In this document: one piece after another, positions 1 through 17,610 of the stretch | Numbering within the stretch: position 1 is the stretch's first letter | Layout: each line of letters starts with the position of its first letter | Assembly: GCF_009914755.1 (NCBI RefSeq) | Contig: NC_060926.1 | DNA from: the human T2T-CHM13v2.0 reference genome, Homo sapiens | Length of the DNA: 64,000 nucleotides | Direction: 5' to 3' (one strand) | Notes under the pieces: generated by a model | Databases searched by the model: none | The model's input: only the letters and a program-made list of their open reading frames with translations | What the model was told of the DNA's origin: nothing | Made by a program: the position numbers and the translations under genes

Positions 1-59
1 TTAAAAAAATTAAAAAACAAGATGATAGAAAATAAGCACAAAAAAGCAAGGCTTAACTA

Positions 60-420
60 GGGCTAGTACTGTAAGTAAACATTTCCAAGAGAAAGAGACC
101 AATGAACTGAGTGTTAAAATGGGCAAATGTGGAAAATATTCAAATGGGAAAGGGCAGCAGGAACAAAATACAAAGTAAGGAAAATGGTTTGGGGAAATGT
201 AGGGAAACTGATATGGCTAAATATTAAGGAACTGTACCAGGGAAGACATGAGGCTGGAAATGCAATCAGGGATTAGATTTGTAGGTTCTTCTTTGTCATT
301 CTAAAATGCTTAAAGTTTCTTCTAAAGGCAATGGGTATTCTGTAGAAACCTTGAAATAAGAAGCACAATGTGATTTAATTTGAACTTTAGCAAAAATTAT
401 TTGAGACTGATTATGTGGGA
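60..420 (-). mobile_element. L2 LINE fragment (old, degenerate)
   Basis: 'gaggctggaaatgcaatcagggattagatt...aaggcaatggg...atgtgatttaatttgaactttag' resembles antisense L2 (gaggctggagaggtaggcaggggccagatc...gggcaatgggaag...gtgacatgatcagatttg); boundaries approximate. Confidence 0.6.
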
Positions 421-1234
421 TAAATACAAAAGAAGCCTAGTGTTATGCTTATATTCTTCTTATCGAACAGATCTCTGTCTTCTAGTTTCAATCAAGCCTC
501 AATAATCCCTAGGTCTGCTGTACAGCTATCATACTGGGCATTACTCTTCTCACTTTATAGCTGAGTCTACTTTTTGTGGATCACACAATTTCCTCTTGAT
601 TGAGATCATATCCATTATGTTCTGGTATTTAAGTGTGCCAAGAAGTAAAAAGAAATCATGTTTAGTTTGAATATTTTTTCCTGTGCAAGGGGTAATCTTA
701 TTTTTTTTATTTAACTCTGATTTTCTGCTGAATTTAAACCTTATAGTAGCATAGCAATTTAATGCCTTTCTGTCTTTTCCCATTATATTATTGTCCTGCT
801 GAATTTTTGATCTATTAATTCGAAACTTTCTTGTCTAACCAATGACGTTTTTCTAATTTAAATTTAGCTATTACTTCAATTTATTTTACTTTATTCTCTT
901 AATTTCTAAGACCAACTCTTCCAATGTTTTATCTTTAATTTTCTGAATATACTGTCTGTTCTCAGCATTTCTTTTTTTATATTTTCTTAAATTAATGATT
1001 AAGTTTTGCTTTTGAAATAGTAGTTTTTTGACACCTTTCTTATCTCAGTCTACTTTTTCTTCTTGCTTGTCAATCATTTGTTGTTAAACATACACGCGGG
1101 CACACACACACAGAGCTTTACTGAAGTAAAATTGATGTGCTAAATTATACATGTTTAAAGAATAAAATCTGATATGTTTTGGCATATGTATGCACCAATT
1201 AAACAATCACTGCAATAAAGATAATGTATGTATC

Positions 1235-1605
1235 TAATATGATTAGACTTTGTGCCCCACCCAAATCTCATCTTGAATTGTAATAATCCCCACATGTCAA
1301 GGGAGAGACCAGGTGGAGGTAATTGAATCATGAGGATGATTTCCCACATGCAGTTCCCCTGATAGTGAAAGAGTTCTCACGAGATCTAATGGTTTTATAA
1401 GCGGCTCTTCCCTCTTTGCTCACCACTTTTCCTTCCTGCCACCTTGTGAAGAAGACGTCTTGCTTGCCCTTCGTCTTCCACCATGGTTATAAGTTTTCTG
1501 AGGCCTCCCCAACCATACTGAACTGTGAGTCAATTAAACCTCTTTCCTTTATAAATTACCCAGTCTCGGGCGGTTCTTTATAGCAATAAGAAAAGGGACT
1601 ATACA
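1235..1605 (+). mobile_element. THE1 (THE1D-like) ERVL-MaLR solo LTR
   Basis: Starts taatatgattagactttgtgccccacccaaatctcatcttgaattg, contains attaaacctctttcc, ends ...ggactataca; 5-bp TSD gtatc (1230-1234) / gtatt (1606-1610). Confidence 0.93.
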
Positions 1606-2218
1606 GTATTCATCACTCCAAAGTTTCCTGATTCTTCATTCTCATTTCCTATTCTTCCTGGAATCCTTTCCTTCTTCAATTGCTGGCAATTACTAACCCA
1701 GTTTCTCTCATTGTGGATCACCTATCATTGTTCAGAATTTTATATGAAGGATTCATACACCATAAACTTTTTTTCTGACTTTTATTTTCACTCAGCATAC
1801 TTATTCTGAAACTCACCTACATCGTTGCATGAATTAATAACTCATTCCTTTGTATTACTAAGTAATATTCTATTGTGTGATTATACCACAATTTGTTCAT
1901 TCAACTCTTGAAGGACTTTTGGATTGTTTCTTGTATTTGGCTACTGCAAATAAAGCTTCTGTAAACATTCATATTAAAGACTTTGTATGAAGATATGCTT
2001 TACTTCTCTTGGGTAAATATGTAGAGGCGCATTGGCTTGCTCATATGCTTGGTATTTGTTTAAATTTCTCATAAACTTCCAATTGTTCTTTATAAGTGCT
2101 GGCATAATCTGACACTCCTACCAGCAGTGTGTAAGAAAGACCTCAAGTTGCTCCATACACTTAACAATACTTTGCATAATCAGTCTTTGATATCTTAAAC
2201 ATTCTAATAAGTATATAG

Positions 2219-2606
<388 letters not shown>

Positions 2607-3958
2607 ATTCCTTTGTCTTTCTTACTTGATTTTCTCTTTTGTTGATTTTCTATTTAATTTGATTATTTTCTTTCATTTGATTATTTTGGTTTTCTTTTGC
2701 TTTAAGTTTCTTTCTAATTTCTCAGTTCGCTTTTTTAGTTTCTTAAGGTGGGAGCCGAGGTGGAAGCTGACTGAGATCTTTCTTCTTTTCTAATATAGAG
2801 TTCAGTGCTATAAATCTCCCACTAACTACTGTGTTACCTGCAAAGTACAAATTTTCATATGTCGTACTTTCGTTTTAATCTATATTCAAATACTTTCAAA
2901 AAATTTCACTTTTGAATCCACCTTTGACCCATTGATTATTAAGAGGAGTGTTAGTTTCCAAATATTTGGGAATTATTCATATTTTGTAAATGATTTCTGT
3001 TTTAATTGCATTGTAATCAGAAATATAATTTCAATGGCTTAAATCTTTTCAGATTTATTGAGAAAGTTTTGATAACTGAGAGTATAATCTATCTTGGTAA
3101 ATGTTTTATGTATACTTGGAAAGGTTGTAAATTCTGATGTTGTTTTTGTTTGGAATATTCTATAAATATGAAACTGGTCTAGTTGGTTGATAGGTTGTTC
3201 AAGTCTTCTTTATCCTTTTTGATTTTCTATCTCTATTTATACTATTTGGCATGAGAGAGAAGTATTAAAATCTCTAATTATAACTAAAGATTTGTCTACA
3301 ACAGAATTGTTCCTTGCAGTTCTATCAGATTTTGCTTCAACTATTTAAAAACTTTCCTATAAGTACATAAATGGATAGAACTGTTATATCATCTTGATTA
3401 ATCAACTTTTTTGCCATTATAAGATTATCCTTTTTATCCCTATTAAGAGACTTTGCTCTTAAGTCTGTCTACTTTATCTGATAACAGTATAGTCCCTCCA
3501 GCTTTCTTTTTGATCAGTGTTAGCATGATATATCTTTTTCCAACCTTTTACTTGTATTCATGTTTTTATACTTACAAAACACCTTTTTAAAAGCAATGTA
3601 TATGAGTCTTGTTATTTTTATCCAATCTGATAATCTCTGCATTCTAACTAAAGTTTTTAGATCACATAAATTTAATGCTATTATTGGTAATATTGGGTTT
3701 AAATCTACCTTCAAGCTATTTGCTTTTTATTTACACTATCTGAATGCAATTCTTTTTTTTCTCTTTTTCAGCCTCCTTTCGTGTTGAATACATTATTCAA
3801 TTTTTCCCTTTTTTGTTGACTATTTTTAGTTGCTATTTTTGATGTTTTATTTTAATGGATACTTTAAGGTTTTTAGTGCACATTTTTAACTGTTTACCAT
3901 CTACTTTCAAACAATGTTATGCTTTTCCCATATAGTGTGAGAACTTTAAAATAATATA

Positions 3959-4381
3959 TAGCTGATCATTGAATAATGCAGGGTTTAGGAACGCTGACTG
4001 CCTTTGCAGCTGAAATCAAATATAACTTTTGACTTCCCCCAAATTTAACTGCTAGTAGCCTACTGCTCACCAGAAGCCTTACAGATAGCATAAACATTTG
4101 ATTCTATATGTTATATGTGTTAGATACTATATGCTTACAATAAAACAAGCTAGAGAAAAGGAATTGTTATTAGGAAAATTATAAGGAAGAGAAAATATAT
4201 TTACTATTTATTAAGTGGGAGTGGATCATGATAGAAGTCTTCATCTTTGTTGTCTTCACGTTTAGTAGGCTGAGTAAAAGGAGAGGTTGGTCTTGCTGTC
4301 CTAGGGGTGGCGAATGTAGGAGAAAATCCATGTATAAGTAGACCCACAGAGTTCAAACCGTTGTTGTTCAAGGGTCAACTG
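3959..4381 (-). mobile_element. Tigger2a (MER28) TcMar-Tigger non-autonomous DNA transposon
   Basis: Right TIR ttgttgttcaagggtcaactg (reverse complement cagttgacccttgaacaac); degenerate left TIR tagctgatcattgaataatgc; TA at left flank; internal 'gtcttcacgtttagtaggctgag' typical of the family. Confidence 0.9.
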
Positions 4382-5404
4382 TGCTTCTACTCCCCACCCA
4401 CCAGACCTTTATGCTATTGTCATGTATTTTGTTCCTATATATGTTTAAAACAACACTTAAAGTATTATTATGTTTATTTTAAATGGTTTCTTATTTTTAA
4501 AATAAGATTTTAGTAATAATAAAAATCTTTACATTTATCTATGTAATTATACTTTCTGTGTTTTTTTATTCCTTTAGGTAGATCCAGGTTTCAATATAGT
4601 TTCATTTTCTTCTGCTTGAAGTACTTCTTTTTTAACATTTGTTTATGTCACAAGACAGCTGATGATTAATTATTAGTCTTTGTATGTCTGAGAAACTATT
4701 TTACTTAAATATTTGAATGATATTTTTGCTAGGAATAGAATTCTATGTTGACAGTTTCTTTTTTGTCCTTTCAGTACTTTTAAAGACATCATTCTACTGT
4801 CTTCTAAGCTAGCTGTCCTAAGAGAAATCTAGAGCTATTACCTTTGATCTTCTGGATATAACATGTCTTTTTTCCCTGAGCTGCTTAAAGCTTTTCTCCT
4901 AAACATATATATGGTCTCATTCTTCAAAGTACATGATGTTATGTTCATTTTTCCTCAGTCTTTTTTTTCCTCTGACTCTTAATTTGGATATATTTATTGC
5001 TATATTTTTAAGTTTACTAATCTTTTATTCTCCAATATCTAATCTTGTGTTAATCACATTGCATCTTTTTCATGTCGGGGATTGTAATTTGTAATTTTTG
5101 ACTTAGATCTGAACCTTTCTTATCACTTTTATGTCTCTACTGAATAAGTTCAAGACTACTTGTAGATTTTTGAACATATGAAATACAGTCATAATAAATG
5201 TTTTAATGTTCTTGTCTATTAATTCCATTATGATAATCATTTGAGTTTGTTTCAATGTCTTGATTTATTAGTATGAGTTGTATTTTCTTGATTTTTGCAT
5301 GGCTGGTAGTTTCTGAGTTTATATCAGACATGAATTTTACCTTGTTTGATATTGGATGTATTTATATTTCTTTAAACAATTTTGAGGGGTATATGTGTGT
5401 GGGT

Positions 5405-5423
5405 GAGAGAGAGAGAGACAGAG

Positions 5424-5454
<31 letters not shown>
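5405..5454. repeat. (GA)n microsatellite, interrupted
   Basis: gagagagagagaca gagaaaaaga gagagaga... seen directly. Confidence 0.95.
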
Positions 5455-5458
<4 letters not shown>

Positions 5459-6935
5459 GATTCGCTATATAGAAACCAATGAGCCCTTCATGTCTGGTTT
5501 TAAGTTTGTTAGACAAGAAAAGAGATGCATTAATCTGGGTTTCATGTTTTGTTCTTGCTGGTGAGGACAGACCTTTCTACTCTACACAATGTCCCCTGAA
5601 ATAAAATGGTTTGGGACTGAATAATGATTACAGTTGCTGTTTTTGGCACTGTGTGGTTTCCAGGCATTTTTTCTTCTAATCCTTTTGGGTGGTTCTTCTC
5701 CCAATCTTTGAGTATTTTCTCCCATGCGTGTACTGAGCAGTACTTAATTGAATTCTCTAGGAGATTTTTTTGCAGTATATGAAATTCTTTCTCCGTGCAG
5801 CTCTCAATTTCCAGTTCTTCTGTGTACTTTAATCTCCTTAGCTTTCCCAGACTCCTGGCTCTATTTTTTCAACCCAGGGAGGCTGTGGACTCTGTGTGAG
5901 TTTTCCCATCCTGCACTGCTCCTAAAAACTTTTTCAGGCAGTTAGCTGGGGTAAGTGTAAAATTTAACTGCTTTCCTTCTGTCTTACTGTCCTTCATTGA
6001 CTGATGCCTAATGCCTTAAGTGTCATTATTTAATATATTTTGTTTAGTTTTTCAGTCCCTTCTTTGTCTCATTTTTTTAAATATCTTTGTTTTTATAGAA
6101 TTTGTGTTTTGTCTAAAACACAAAGTGTGATTCCTAAAATATCTTTTCAATTGTATAAGAAACCATGTAAAAATTATGCATTTTTAGCATTTTAAATGTG
6201 ATGTTCTGTCTTTTGTATTGGTAAGTACATCTTTTTCCCTTATGTATTCACCCCTAAAAAATGTCTAGTAAAGACTGGTGTCTCCACATGTATGTGCCCA
6301 ATGTATTTTGTTTTTATTTTATTATGGCACACCTGATTGTTGTTAGAATTATAATCCTGGACACAGAATGATAGAGTCAAAAGCACAGGGTATCTCAATC
6401 AGGTGTTTCTCTGCACAGTGGTTTTCTCTATCTTAGATGATGCCACTTTACTAAGGCAAGGGTAAGTTTCTATTTATTTGACACTACCTTTGTGCCAGGG
6501 ATATCTTACATATAAGGCCAGCTTACTTCTTAGTGCCATTGTTCCCTGCTTCAAAGATAAGCCTATACTGTGTTGACAGGCTTAGATACTGCTGGAGTAG
6601 CCAAATAAAGTCCAATTATGATTCTGTCAATATCTCCATTTGTCTTTTTATCCCAATTATTTGAGGGGCATACTCCTGTCTCTTATGAGATAATATTGCA
6701 TGATGTATGAGAGAATATAGTCTCTCCAACTTTAAATCTAGAAGAGATTTAGCATTATGCATTGCACATCAGAACCTTCAGAGCTGATACAGATATTACT
6801 AAATTATTGGTAATTAAATCTGAATCTAACATGAGGGTGCATATCCAAGTACACATCGCTTTCTTTTTTAGCAACTGTTTAAAGATGTAAATGGCTAATT
6901 ATATTTGAAACTACAGGGGGACACAGGCACTGATT

Positions 6936-6956
6936 TCTCTCTCTCTCTCTCTCTCT
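6936..6956. repeat. (CT)n microsatellite
   Basis: ~10 CT units. Confidence 0.95.
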
Positions 6957-8875
6957 AAGATTCTACAAGCTAAGACAGAAAAGGAAAGGACAACAGAAAA
7001 CAAAATAAATGTTATATCACTAAAACACAAATTTCAATAACAAAAGGAAAATGTTATTATAGAAAACACCAGTGATGCTTTGAAAGAGTACAATAATTAA
7101 AGAATATTAACCTTCAGGCAAATCAGGACAAGAAGTTTTTTCTATTTCTATTCACTCAGAACAAGAACTCTCCTAGGAAGAATGGTATAATTGAGGAGAT
7201 ATGTGAAACAAAAGCATGTTTCCTTAACCAAGAAATGGTAGGTACAGTGTATAGAACCAAACATTACTCTTTTGGCCAAAGGCTGCTTCTAGGGCGTTAT
7301 AGATAATGAATATACTTCCCAATAATTGACTATGATTCATCAATTTCATAAAACATAGGGGGACAATATTTTCTTGTTCAAATAGAGAATCTCTTGAGAG
7401 TTTTAGACAGAAACAATTAAAAGTTACACCAGACACAGGTAAAAGCCAGATATCTCATAAGAAAACCAGAATATGGTCACCGTGTTAATGTATTCCTTTG
7501 ATTTGGATTTCTCCATCTCAAGAAACAACAACAACAACTTATGGCATATTGGATAAAGTGAAAACTTTCCCTTATGATTTTCAGAGCTCTTCATAATTGG
7601 GCTCCACTTCACCTACCTATTACTCCACCACTGTCAAGCTCTCAAGGAAGAGAAGAATTAACATAAACTTTGTAGTGTGACCATCCTGGTAATGAATCAT
7701 GGCAGCCTTTCACTTCAGCCAAGATCTCAGTGACTATGGGTGTCAGGCTATTATCTTCAATGTGAGGATAATGATGGATGACTTTCTAGGTTCCCATCAG
7801 CATGTGATTTAGGACACTTCTTCTACCAAGACAGAGTAGTAGAAAGATAGGATCTCTTTTTCCTGGGGTAAGACATTTGGTATAATCTGGGCATGATCTG
7901 GAGCAATAACTAAGAGAGGAATGTGTCACTTACGGGAAGTAGAATTCAGCTCACTATATTAGCAAAATGTCCCATGGGCTGAAGGTTGAGGGTCTCAAGT
8001 CTGATTGGGAAATATGAGTTAGAGGCAGTGAAATCCAATATAAACACAGTCGGTTGGCCTATTATACTTGTGTAAAAGAGTAGGTAAGAGCGAATTATAT
8101 GGAAAGCCTTCAGCTGCAGATGTCTGGGGATCACTCGTTGTGCATAGACTAATAATCACTGGGGCTGACTCTAAGGATGAGCACACCTGAGATTGCCGAT
8201 AACTACAATTCTCTCTTTGTCTTCGACTTTCAAACTAAAATAGATTTGGATCCTGTGGGCTGCTTGGGAATAAAGGTGAAAGTATAGCTCTGAAAAATTA
8301 GTGAAGAAACAAGACAAGCTAAGAGCAGCACATTTGCGGACAGATGGTACTCAAAACCTACCTACCAATGTATTAATATAATAATTTAGAAAGCTACTTT
8401 GGATTTATTTGAGTAGTTGCAAGTTTCATGGAAAATAGAAAGTTTAAAGCTAGCTGCTGATTCACTGACCTGTTATTTTAACTCAGGTAGCACTTATTTA
8501 TAATGAGAAGTGTATAAATTTAGTCTCTTCTTATCTTCCTCTCAGAAACCTTAATGTTGAATCCTTCTAGCTCACAACTAGACTGTGAACATTGATTACT
8601 CTCATGTCCTGCATAGATTTCAGAAATTGTCTTGAATTTTTATTGACTATGTGGAATGAGGAGTTGTACTAATTAACATGACAAAACTTTGCAGTTTGTG
8701 GCTTCTTATTTCTGTTTGTTATAGATCACCTACATTGATACTTCTACAGTTTTCTAGTATTGCATTTGTATTTTACGGCATTCACTTAGAAAGCCATTAA
8801 TATAGAGGGAATCCATCTGCATTTGAAAGGATGGGTCTGTTTTTCTTTTTTTGTTTTGCTGTCATTTTTTCCCTC

Positions 8876-8955
8876 TTCTTTAATTTTTGTGGGTACATAG
8901 TAGATGTTTGTATTTATGGGTCACATGAGATATTTTGATATAGGCATACCATGCC
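8876..8955 (-). mobile_element. L1MA 3' terminal fragment
   Basis: tttttgtgggtacatagtagatg...catgagatattttgatataggcata, same motif as the L1MA 3' end at 28590. Confidence 0.75.
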
Positions 8956-9707
8956 ATCACATAGGTGTCTGTTATTCTTAATGTACAGCTTTTAAACATT
9001 TTCTTATATAATTTTAAAACTGACAGTGGTTTATAGCTTTGTTCTGTTTTTCTTTGTCCTCTCTTAACAAATACCTTCTAGATACTGCTTTAAAATTGAA
9101 AGTTCCTGCCCATTACCGACTTAGGTTACTCAAACATTTGTTCATATGCTAGTTGGAAAATTGTCATCATTGTTTCATTTCAGGAAATGGAGGCAAACTT
9201 GGTGGATTAGTCATTGCATTAATAAAATGGAAGATTTAGCCAGCTTTTTAAAAACTGCACTGGAAACTATGGAGCATTGGGCACCCTAACAGTGAAAAGT
9301 GAGGGCAGGGGAGTTGGAGACATTGAGATTTGTTTTCTCTCTCTGGCTATTTGAAGCTGCATTTTTCTTTGAAATTTTTTATTCTGGCATTTATATTTTG
9401 CTTTATTTTACTCTCACATTACCAGACTAATTTAAAAAGACTTCTTTTTTTTTATTTTTTACATATTTGCCAGGTATGTTCATGGATTACTTCATAAATT
9501 ATTCCATGAACATTGCATTTTAAAGCTAATGCTGTGGTTTTAATATTTCATTTTTCTATGTGGAATGCTAAATCCCTTCTGATAATAATGCATATTATAT
9601 ATATTAAAAATTAGAAAATATATATTATATATTTTTTAAAATTTTTATTGTGTCCTCTATAGAGTAGCTAGTTTGATGATCAAAAAACTTGCAAGATTAG
9701 CACGGCA

Positions 9708-9855
9708 ATTATTTTATCTCAGTTATATAGATGAGTAAACAGACATATACACACTACATTAATGACCTGCTGTGTTCATACAACTATTATTGGATGGAGT
9801 CAGAACTCAAACTCAAGGTACAATGTGGTCTGGTAAGTGCCCCCAATCATAATAC
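9708..9855 (-). mobile_element. MIR SINE fragment
   Basis: attattttatctcagttatatagatgagtaaacag...ggagtcagaactcaaactcaagg (antisense MIR core). Confidence 0.65.
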
Positions 9856-9944
9856 ACTTATAAATGCCATGATTAATTTGATTATATGTAAGTGTGTCAA
9901 ATTTGCAAATGGAGACAAAATATGTTGAACATAACAAATAAAGA

Positions 9945-10160
9945 ATAGTGTAGTTGTTGGAGTATAAAAGATCTGAACATTAATCCTGTCTTTGACACTT
10001 AGTAACCAGCTCCATACTAAACTACTTTAAGTGACATATATCTTTCAAATAAGCATAAAATTCTTTCCAACCTCATAAAATTATTATGAGAATTAAAAGA
10101 AACAGTGCACATAAAGTGCTTAACATAAGTGCCTAACATTGGTAAACAATTAATTATAGC
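9945..10160 (+). mobile_element. MIR SINE fragment
   Basis: atagtgtagttgtt...ttattatgagaattaaa...cataaagtgcttaacataagtgcctaacattggtaaac. Confidence 0.7.
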
Positions 10161-10837
10161 TTTCATTAAAGTTTGAATCTAATATAAATGGACACGTTAT
10201 AATTTACTGGTTGTTGTAGACTAAGATCTAGTCTTTTCCTTACCTCCACTTAAATCCTCCCAGCTTGGTGGACTAGTTATTTTGCTCATCACATTTCCAG
10301 CACTCTCTATGATTGACAGGCATTTTTTTAGGCACTTGCTGTGAACGGTGTGTTAGCTTTTCATGTATTCCTCCTTTGTGTCCTCAGTTAAATCTTGCTT
10401 TTTGGGCCATGGTTAATTCTGTTTTATTTTCTTTCATTGATTATAGTACAGGGGAGGGACCTTGCCTCCCTGATATTATACCATTCTGTGGTAGAAGCAT
10501 GACAACAATTTTGTGGATGATAAATAAACAACTAGGCCTTAGGAACCAAGCAGTAAGTGCCAGGCAGTATGTGATTCCATGATCTCATACCACATGTCTC
10601 CATGCTACATGTTTTGTCTTTCCTCACAGAGGGTAAAGATGCTAATTTGGCTCAGTTTAAATCTCTAATGTGTAAGACAATCTGGAAGTGATTGAGTTTA
10701 CCTATAATTAATTGATTCCTTTTTTTTTTCCTACCAGGCAAAATGGGAACTTGAGATAGTATGCAGTTCAGTAATTGAAAAGAAAAAATAAATTTCTCTA
10801 TAAATAAGATTTCTGGTATGTGCTCTCACCACACACA

Positions 10838-10843
10838 GTGTAT

Positions 10844-10881
<38 letters not shown>
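10838..10881. repeat. (TG)n microsatellite
   Basis: tgtatgtgtatg followed by a pure TG run. Confidence 0.97.
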
Positions 10882-10883
<2 letters not shown>

Positions 10884-10889
10884 TAAGCC

Positions 10890-11150
10890 ATAACTATGGT
10901 AATTATTTGCCTGATTGCTAAATATTTTTGACCCTCAGTCTTCTGGGAACATGGGATTGTACTTCCTGGCCTTTTAGTGGCTGACTGAGACCGAGAATCA
11001 TAATTGGAATTGATATGGCTCCCTTCTGAGACACAAGACTTAATTCATTGTGTAAGATTTGCATAAGTTCCCTTTCGCCTCCTGCCATGACAGTCACTGA
11101 CACTGAGTAATAGCTTTTCCATTAGCCTGGCTCTCTGGGTGTCCCATTCC
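10890..11150 (+). mobile_element. Probable old MLT1-type MaLR LTR fragment
   Basis: ctgccatgacagtcactgacactgagtaatagcttttccattagcctgg resembles MLT1 interior; recalled, not aligned. Confidence 0.4.
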
Positions 11151-11844
11151 AGCATAACCTTGCCCACCCTGACTAGTACAAAAACTTAGAGAAGTTGAAA
11201 TTAAATTTCTCTTCAGAGCAAGGTGTTAATGTGTATAGTCAAGTGTATTCTGCCTACATCCCCTGACACAGGGTATAAAGACACTGAAGATCAATCCTTC
11301 TCAGATATGCGCGACTGACAAATTCTTCCTTGGGGAAAAGTGAAAGCAGAGGTGCTTTGCCTGAACTGAGAGGTGGCAGATGCACTATTGAGATTTGAAA
11401 ACAATCGTTTTTTCCTAAAAAAATTGAAAAGTGTTGTTCCTGATAGAAACATAAGGATATATATTGCTAGTACTTGAAGGCCCCCTTATTAAGATTTTCA
11501 CATTATTCTGTCTTTTTATCTGCACCACAGACTTACAAACTATATGTAATTATCATCATTTCACAAATCAAGAACCTGTCAATCTCAAATATCTTAACAA
11601 TTTTGCTCTTCTCAAATGACCAGTCAATTTTTAACCACAATTTCAATACATACCTATTTTTTAAATAAAAGTCTTAGATTTCTCTATCAACTCATTTGGT
11701 AGCTACTGTCTCCAGCAGCCAGTAGAGGCCCAGAAAAGAAGAGCATGAGCAGGGCCACCTGCATGGGTTCTTTTGGGGCCCTTAGCTTCAACGTTCAGAT
11801 TGGTTGGCAGGCTTCAATGTTTCAGAAACAATTAGAAAGTTTAA

Positions 11845-12178
11845 GAGATTTAGTATTTATAGACCCTGAGGGGGTACACTGCATGCCTGGAGGCCATACA
11901 TAAGAGGTCAGGGGGATGTAAAAAGGGTCACTTTAAGTTTGCCAGCAAATGCCAGAATGGTCCATTGAAGGGAAGCTGCAGGAAAGCTGGGAGCCCAGTC
12001 TGTTAAGCAAGAGAGATGTATTTAAGTTCTGTCTTGGGCCACTAGCTTGAGCCTTTTGGGTGCGAAGTAGAACTGGAAAGTGTGTGAAGGGTCACTGAGC
12101 CCTGCCTTTGGCACAGGAAAGCTAACCTGTGTTCAAAATGCATGCAGAGGCAACATAAAATTACAAGCAACAGCTACA
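11845..12178 (-). mobile_element. Probable old ERVL-class LTR fragment
   Basis: GC-richer island; 'tttatagaccctgagggggtacactgcatgcctggaggcc' and end ...cagctaca (TG start on minus strand); family not determined. Confidence 0.35.
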
Positions 12179-12839
12179 ACTTGTCTGACTCTACATTCAA
12201 TAGACACATTTTATATCACTCCTTGTGGTCTCTCATAGAATGGAACTATTTCTGGAAAGAAGAGATCCAAGATTAAGTCATTCTCCTAAAATATAAAACA
12301 TCCTTTGGAGAGAAAATATTCAAAGATTGTTATTAATCACCTCCAAGCAACACTCTCATCAGTAGGCAAATTAACTTAATGGAAAAGGGGTGTGGTTAAA
12401 AAATATAATACATTGGTGTATCACTGCGTTCTACTACAAGTCCCAAACTTATAATATTTTCTTACTTTATTGCCTTGAATTTTTCATTCACTGAATCCAG
12501 ATCATTAAATTTTCATTGCACTATGATAATGCTAGAGGTAAGGCTCTCTATTTTAAACTCGAGTTGTTTATCTTTGATCAATCTATTCTTTGCTTAGAAC
12601 AAACCTGGATCTTTCTATTATTTTTGCAGGTAGTTGTCAACTAAACTTATACTGTTCTTATGGTATACTTTATATTTTACATATCCATGCATGTTAGCCC
12701 TTTCAAAAAAGTATACATTCTTTAGAAACAGACTTCCTAAGTGCTCTTCTGGGCATTTAGTACTCAGTAGCTTCTTCATTTTCCTGGACTTATAAAAACA
12801 CTATAATACTTGAGCAATCACATTAATTTTTTTAAAGGG

Positions 12840-14215
12840 TAAAAGGGGTATCCATCACCTCAAGCATTTATCAATTCTTTCTGTTACAAACATTCCAATT
12901 ATACTCTTTTAATTACTTTAAAATGTACAATAAATTATTGTTGACTCTAGTCACCATGTTGTGCTGTCAAATACTAAGTCTAATTCATTCTAACTGTATT
13001 TTTGTACTCGTTAACTGTCTCCACTACCCCCACCCCACCCACTACCCTTCCTAGCCTCTGGTAATCATCATTCTACTCTCTCTCCATGAGTTCAATTGTT
13101 TTAATTTTTAGTTCTTACAAATAAGTGACAACATGTGAGGTTTGTCTTTATGTGCTTGGTTAATTTCACTTAACACATTGTCCTCCTGTTCCATCCAAGT
13201 TGTTGCAAATGACAAGATCCCATTCTTTTTTATGACTGAATAGTATTCTATAATGTATACATACCACATTTTCTTTATTCATTCATCTGTTGACAGATAC
13301 TTAAGTTGCTTCCAAACCTTGGCTGTTGTAAATAGTGCTGCAATAAACATGAGAGTTCAGATATCTCTTTGATATACTGATTTCCTTTCTTTTGGGTACT
13401 GATAAAAGAAAAACTTCAGTCAAATTAAATTTAAAGGAGTTTAATTGAGCAATGAATGATTCGCAAATCAGGCAGCCCCTAGAATCACAGCAGATTCACA
13501 GAGACTCAGAGCAGCCAGAGTGGAAGAATATTTATAGACAAAAAAAGGGAAATGACATACAGAAATTGGAAGTGAGGTACAGAACAGCTGAATTGGTTAC
13601 AGCTTGGTGTATGCCTTATTCGAACATACTTTGAACACTCAGTAGTATACGAAAGGTTGAAGTATGGCTGCTGGGATTGGTCAAGAGTTAGCTATTGTTA
13701 CAGGGGCATACTACTAAGTTGGTTTTCAGTTTTGTGTGCCTATTAAGCTAGGTTACAGTTCATCACCAAGGACTCAAATATAGAAGTACAGAGTCCTTCT
13801 CAGGCCATATTTAGTTTAACAGTATATACTTAGCAGTGAGATTGCTGGATCATAGGGTAGTTCTACTTTTAGTTTTTTGAGAAACCTCCATGCTGTTCTC
13901 TACAGTGGCTTTACAAATTTACATTCCCACCAACAGTGTACAAGCCTTCCATTTTTCCCACATTCCTACCAACATTCACTATTGCCTGTCCTTTGCATAA
14001 AAACCATTTTAACTAACGTAGAATGATAGCTCATTGTAGTTTTGATTTGCATTTCTCTGACAATCAATGATGTTGAGCACCTTTTCATATACCCATTTGC
14101 CATTTGTATGTCTCCTTTTGAGAAATGCCTGTTCATATATTTTGCCCATTTTTAAGTCAGATTATTAGATTTTTTTCCTATGGAGTTATTTGAACTCCTT
14201 ATACATTCTGATGCT
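12840..14215 (-). mobile_element. L1MA 3' portion (3'UTR plus end of ORF2), split by MER57
   Basis: ggggtatccatcacctcaagcattt...; L1 text ttttgggta|tatacttagcagtgagattgctggatc is continuous across the LTR. Confidence 0.9.
13400..13821 (-). mobile_element. MER57 (A/B-like) ERV1 solo LTR
   Basis: tgataaaagaaaaacttcag...gagtccttctcaggccatatttagtttaaca; 4-bp TSD gtac (13396-13399) / gtat (13822-13825), the length typical of ERV1. Confidence 0.92.
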
Positions 14216-14632
14216 ATAAACCATCTTTCATGGAAAGTGAATTGACTTTAGAATTGAATTAGTGGGGAATCATTGAAAGGTTTTATATACCTAAATGATC
14301 AATAGTTAAATCTCAATATCCAAACCTTAAAAATGAACATTTCCAATTTGATGTTTTACAAACTTCTTTTCAAAGAGAATCTCATCATCTCTCCATCTCA
14401 ACTAATGGCTACTCCTATATTTTTTTATATCAGATAGTGACAACACCATCCCCCAGTAATCTTTAAATTTAACCTAATCTGTTACCTCTACTTTGCTTCC
14501 TTGGTATCTAATCCTTCAATAAGCTCTGTTTCTGGTGCTATTTTTCTCAAATTTCTTAAACATATTTCTACTTTTTATTTCTTAAATTATGTTCAGAGAA
14601 AAACCTTGCAACTTACTATAAATACTGAAGCA

Positions 14633-17610
<2,978 letters not shown>

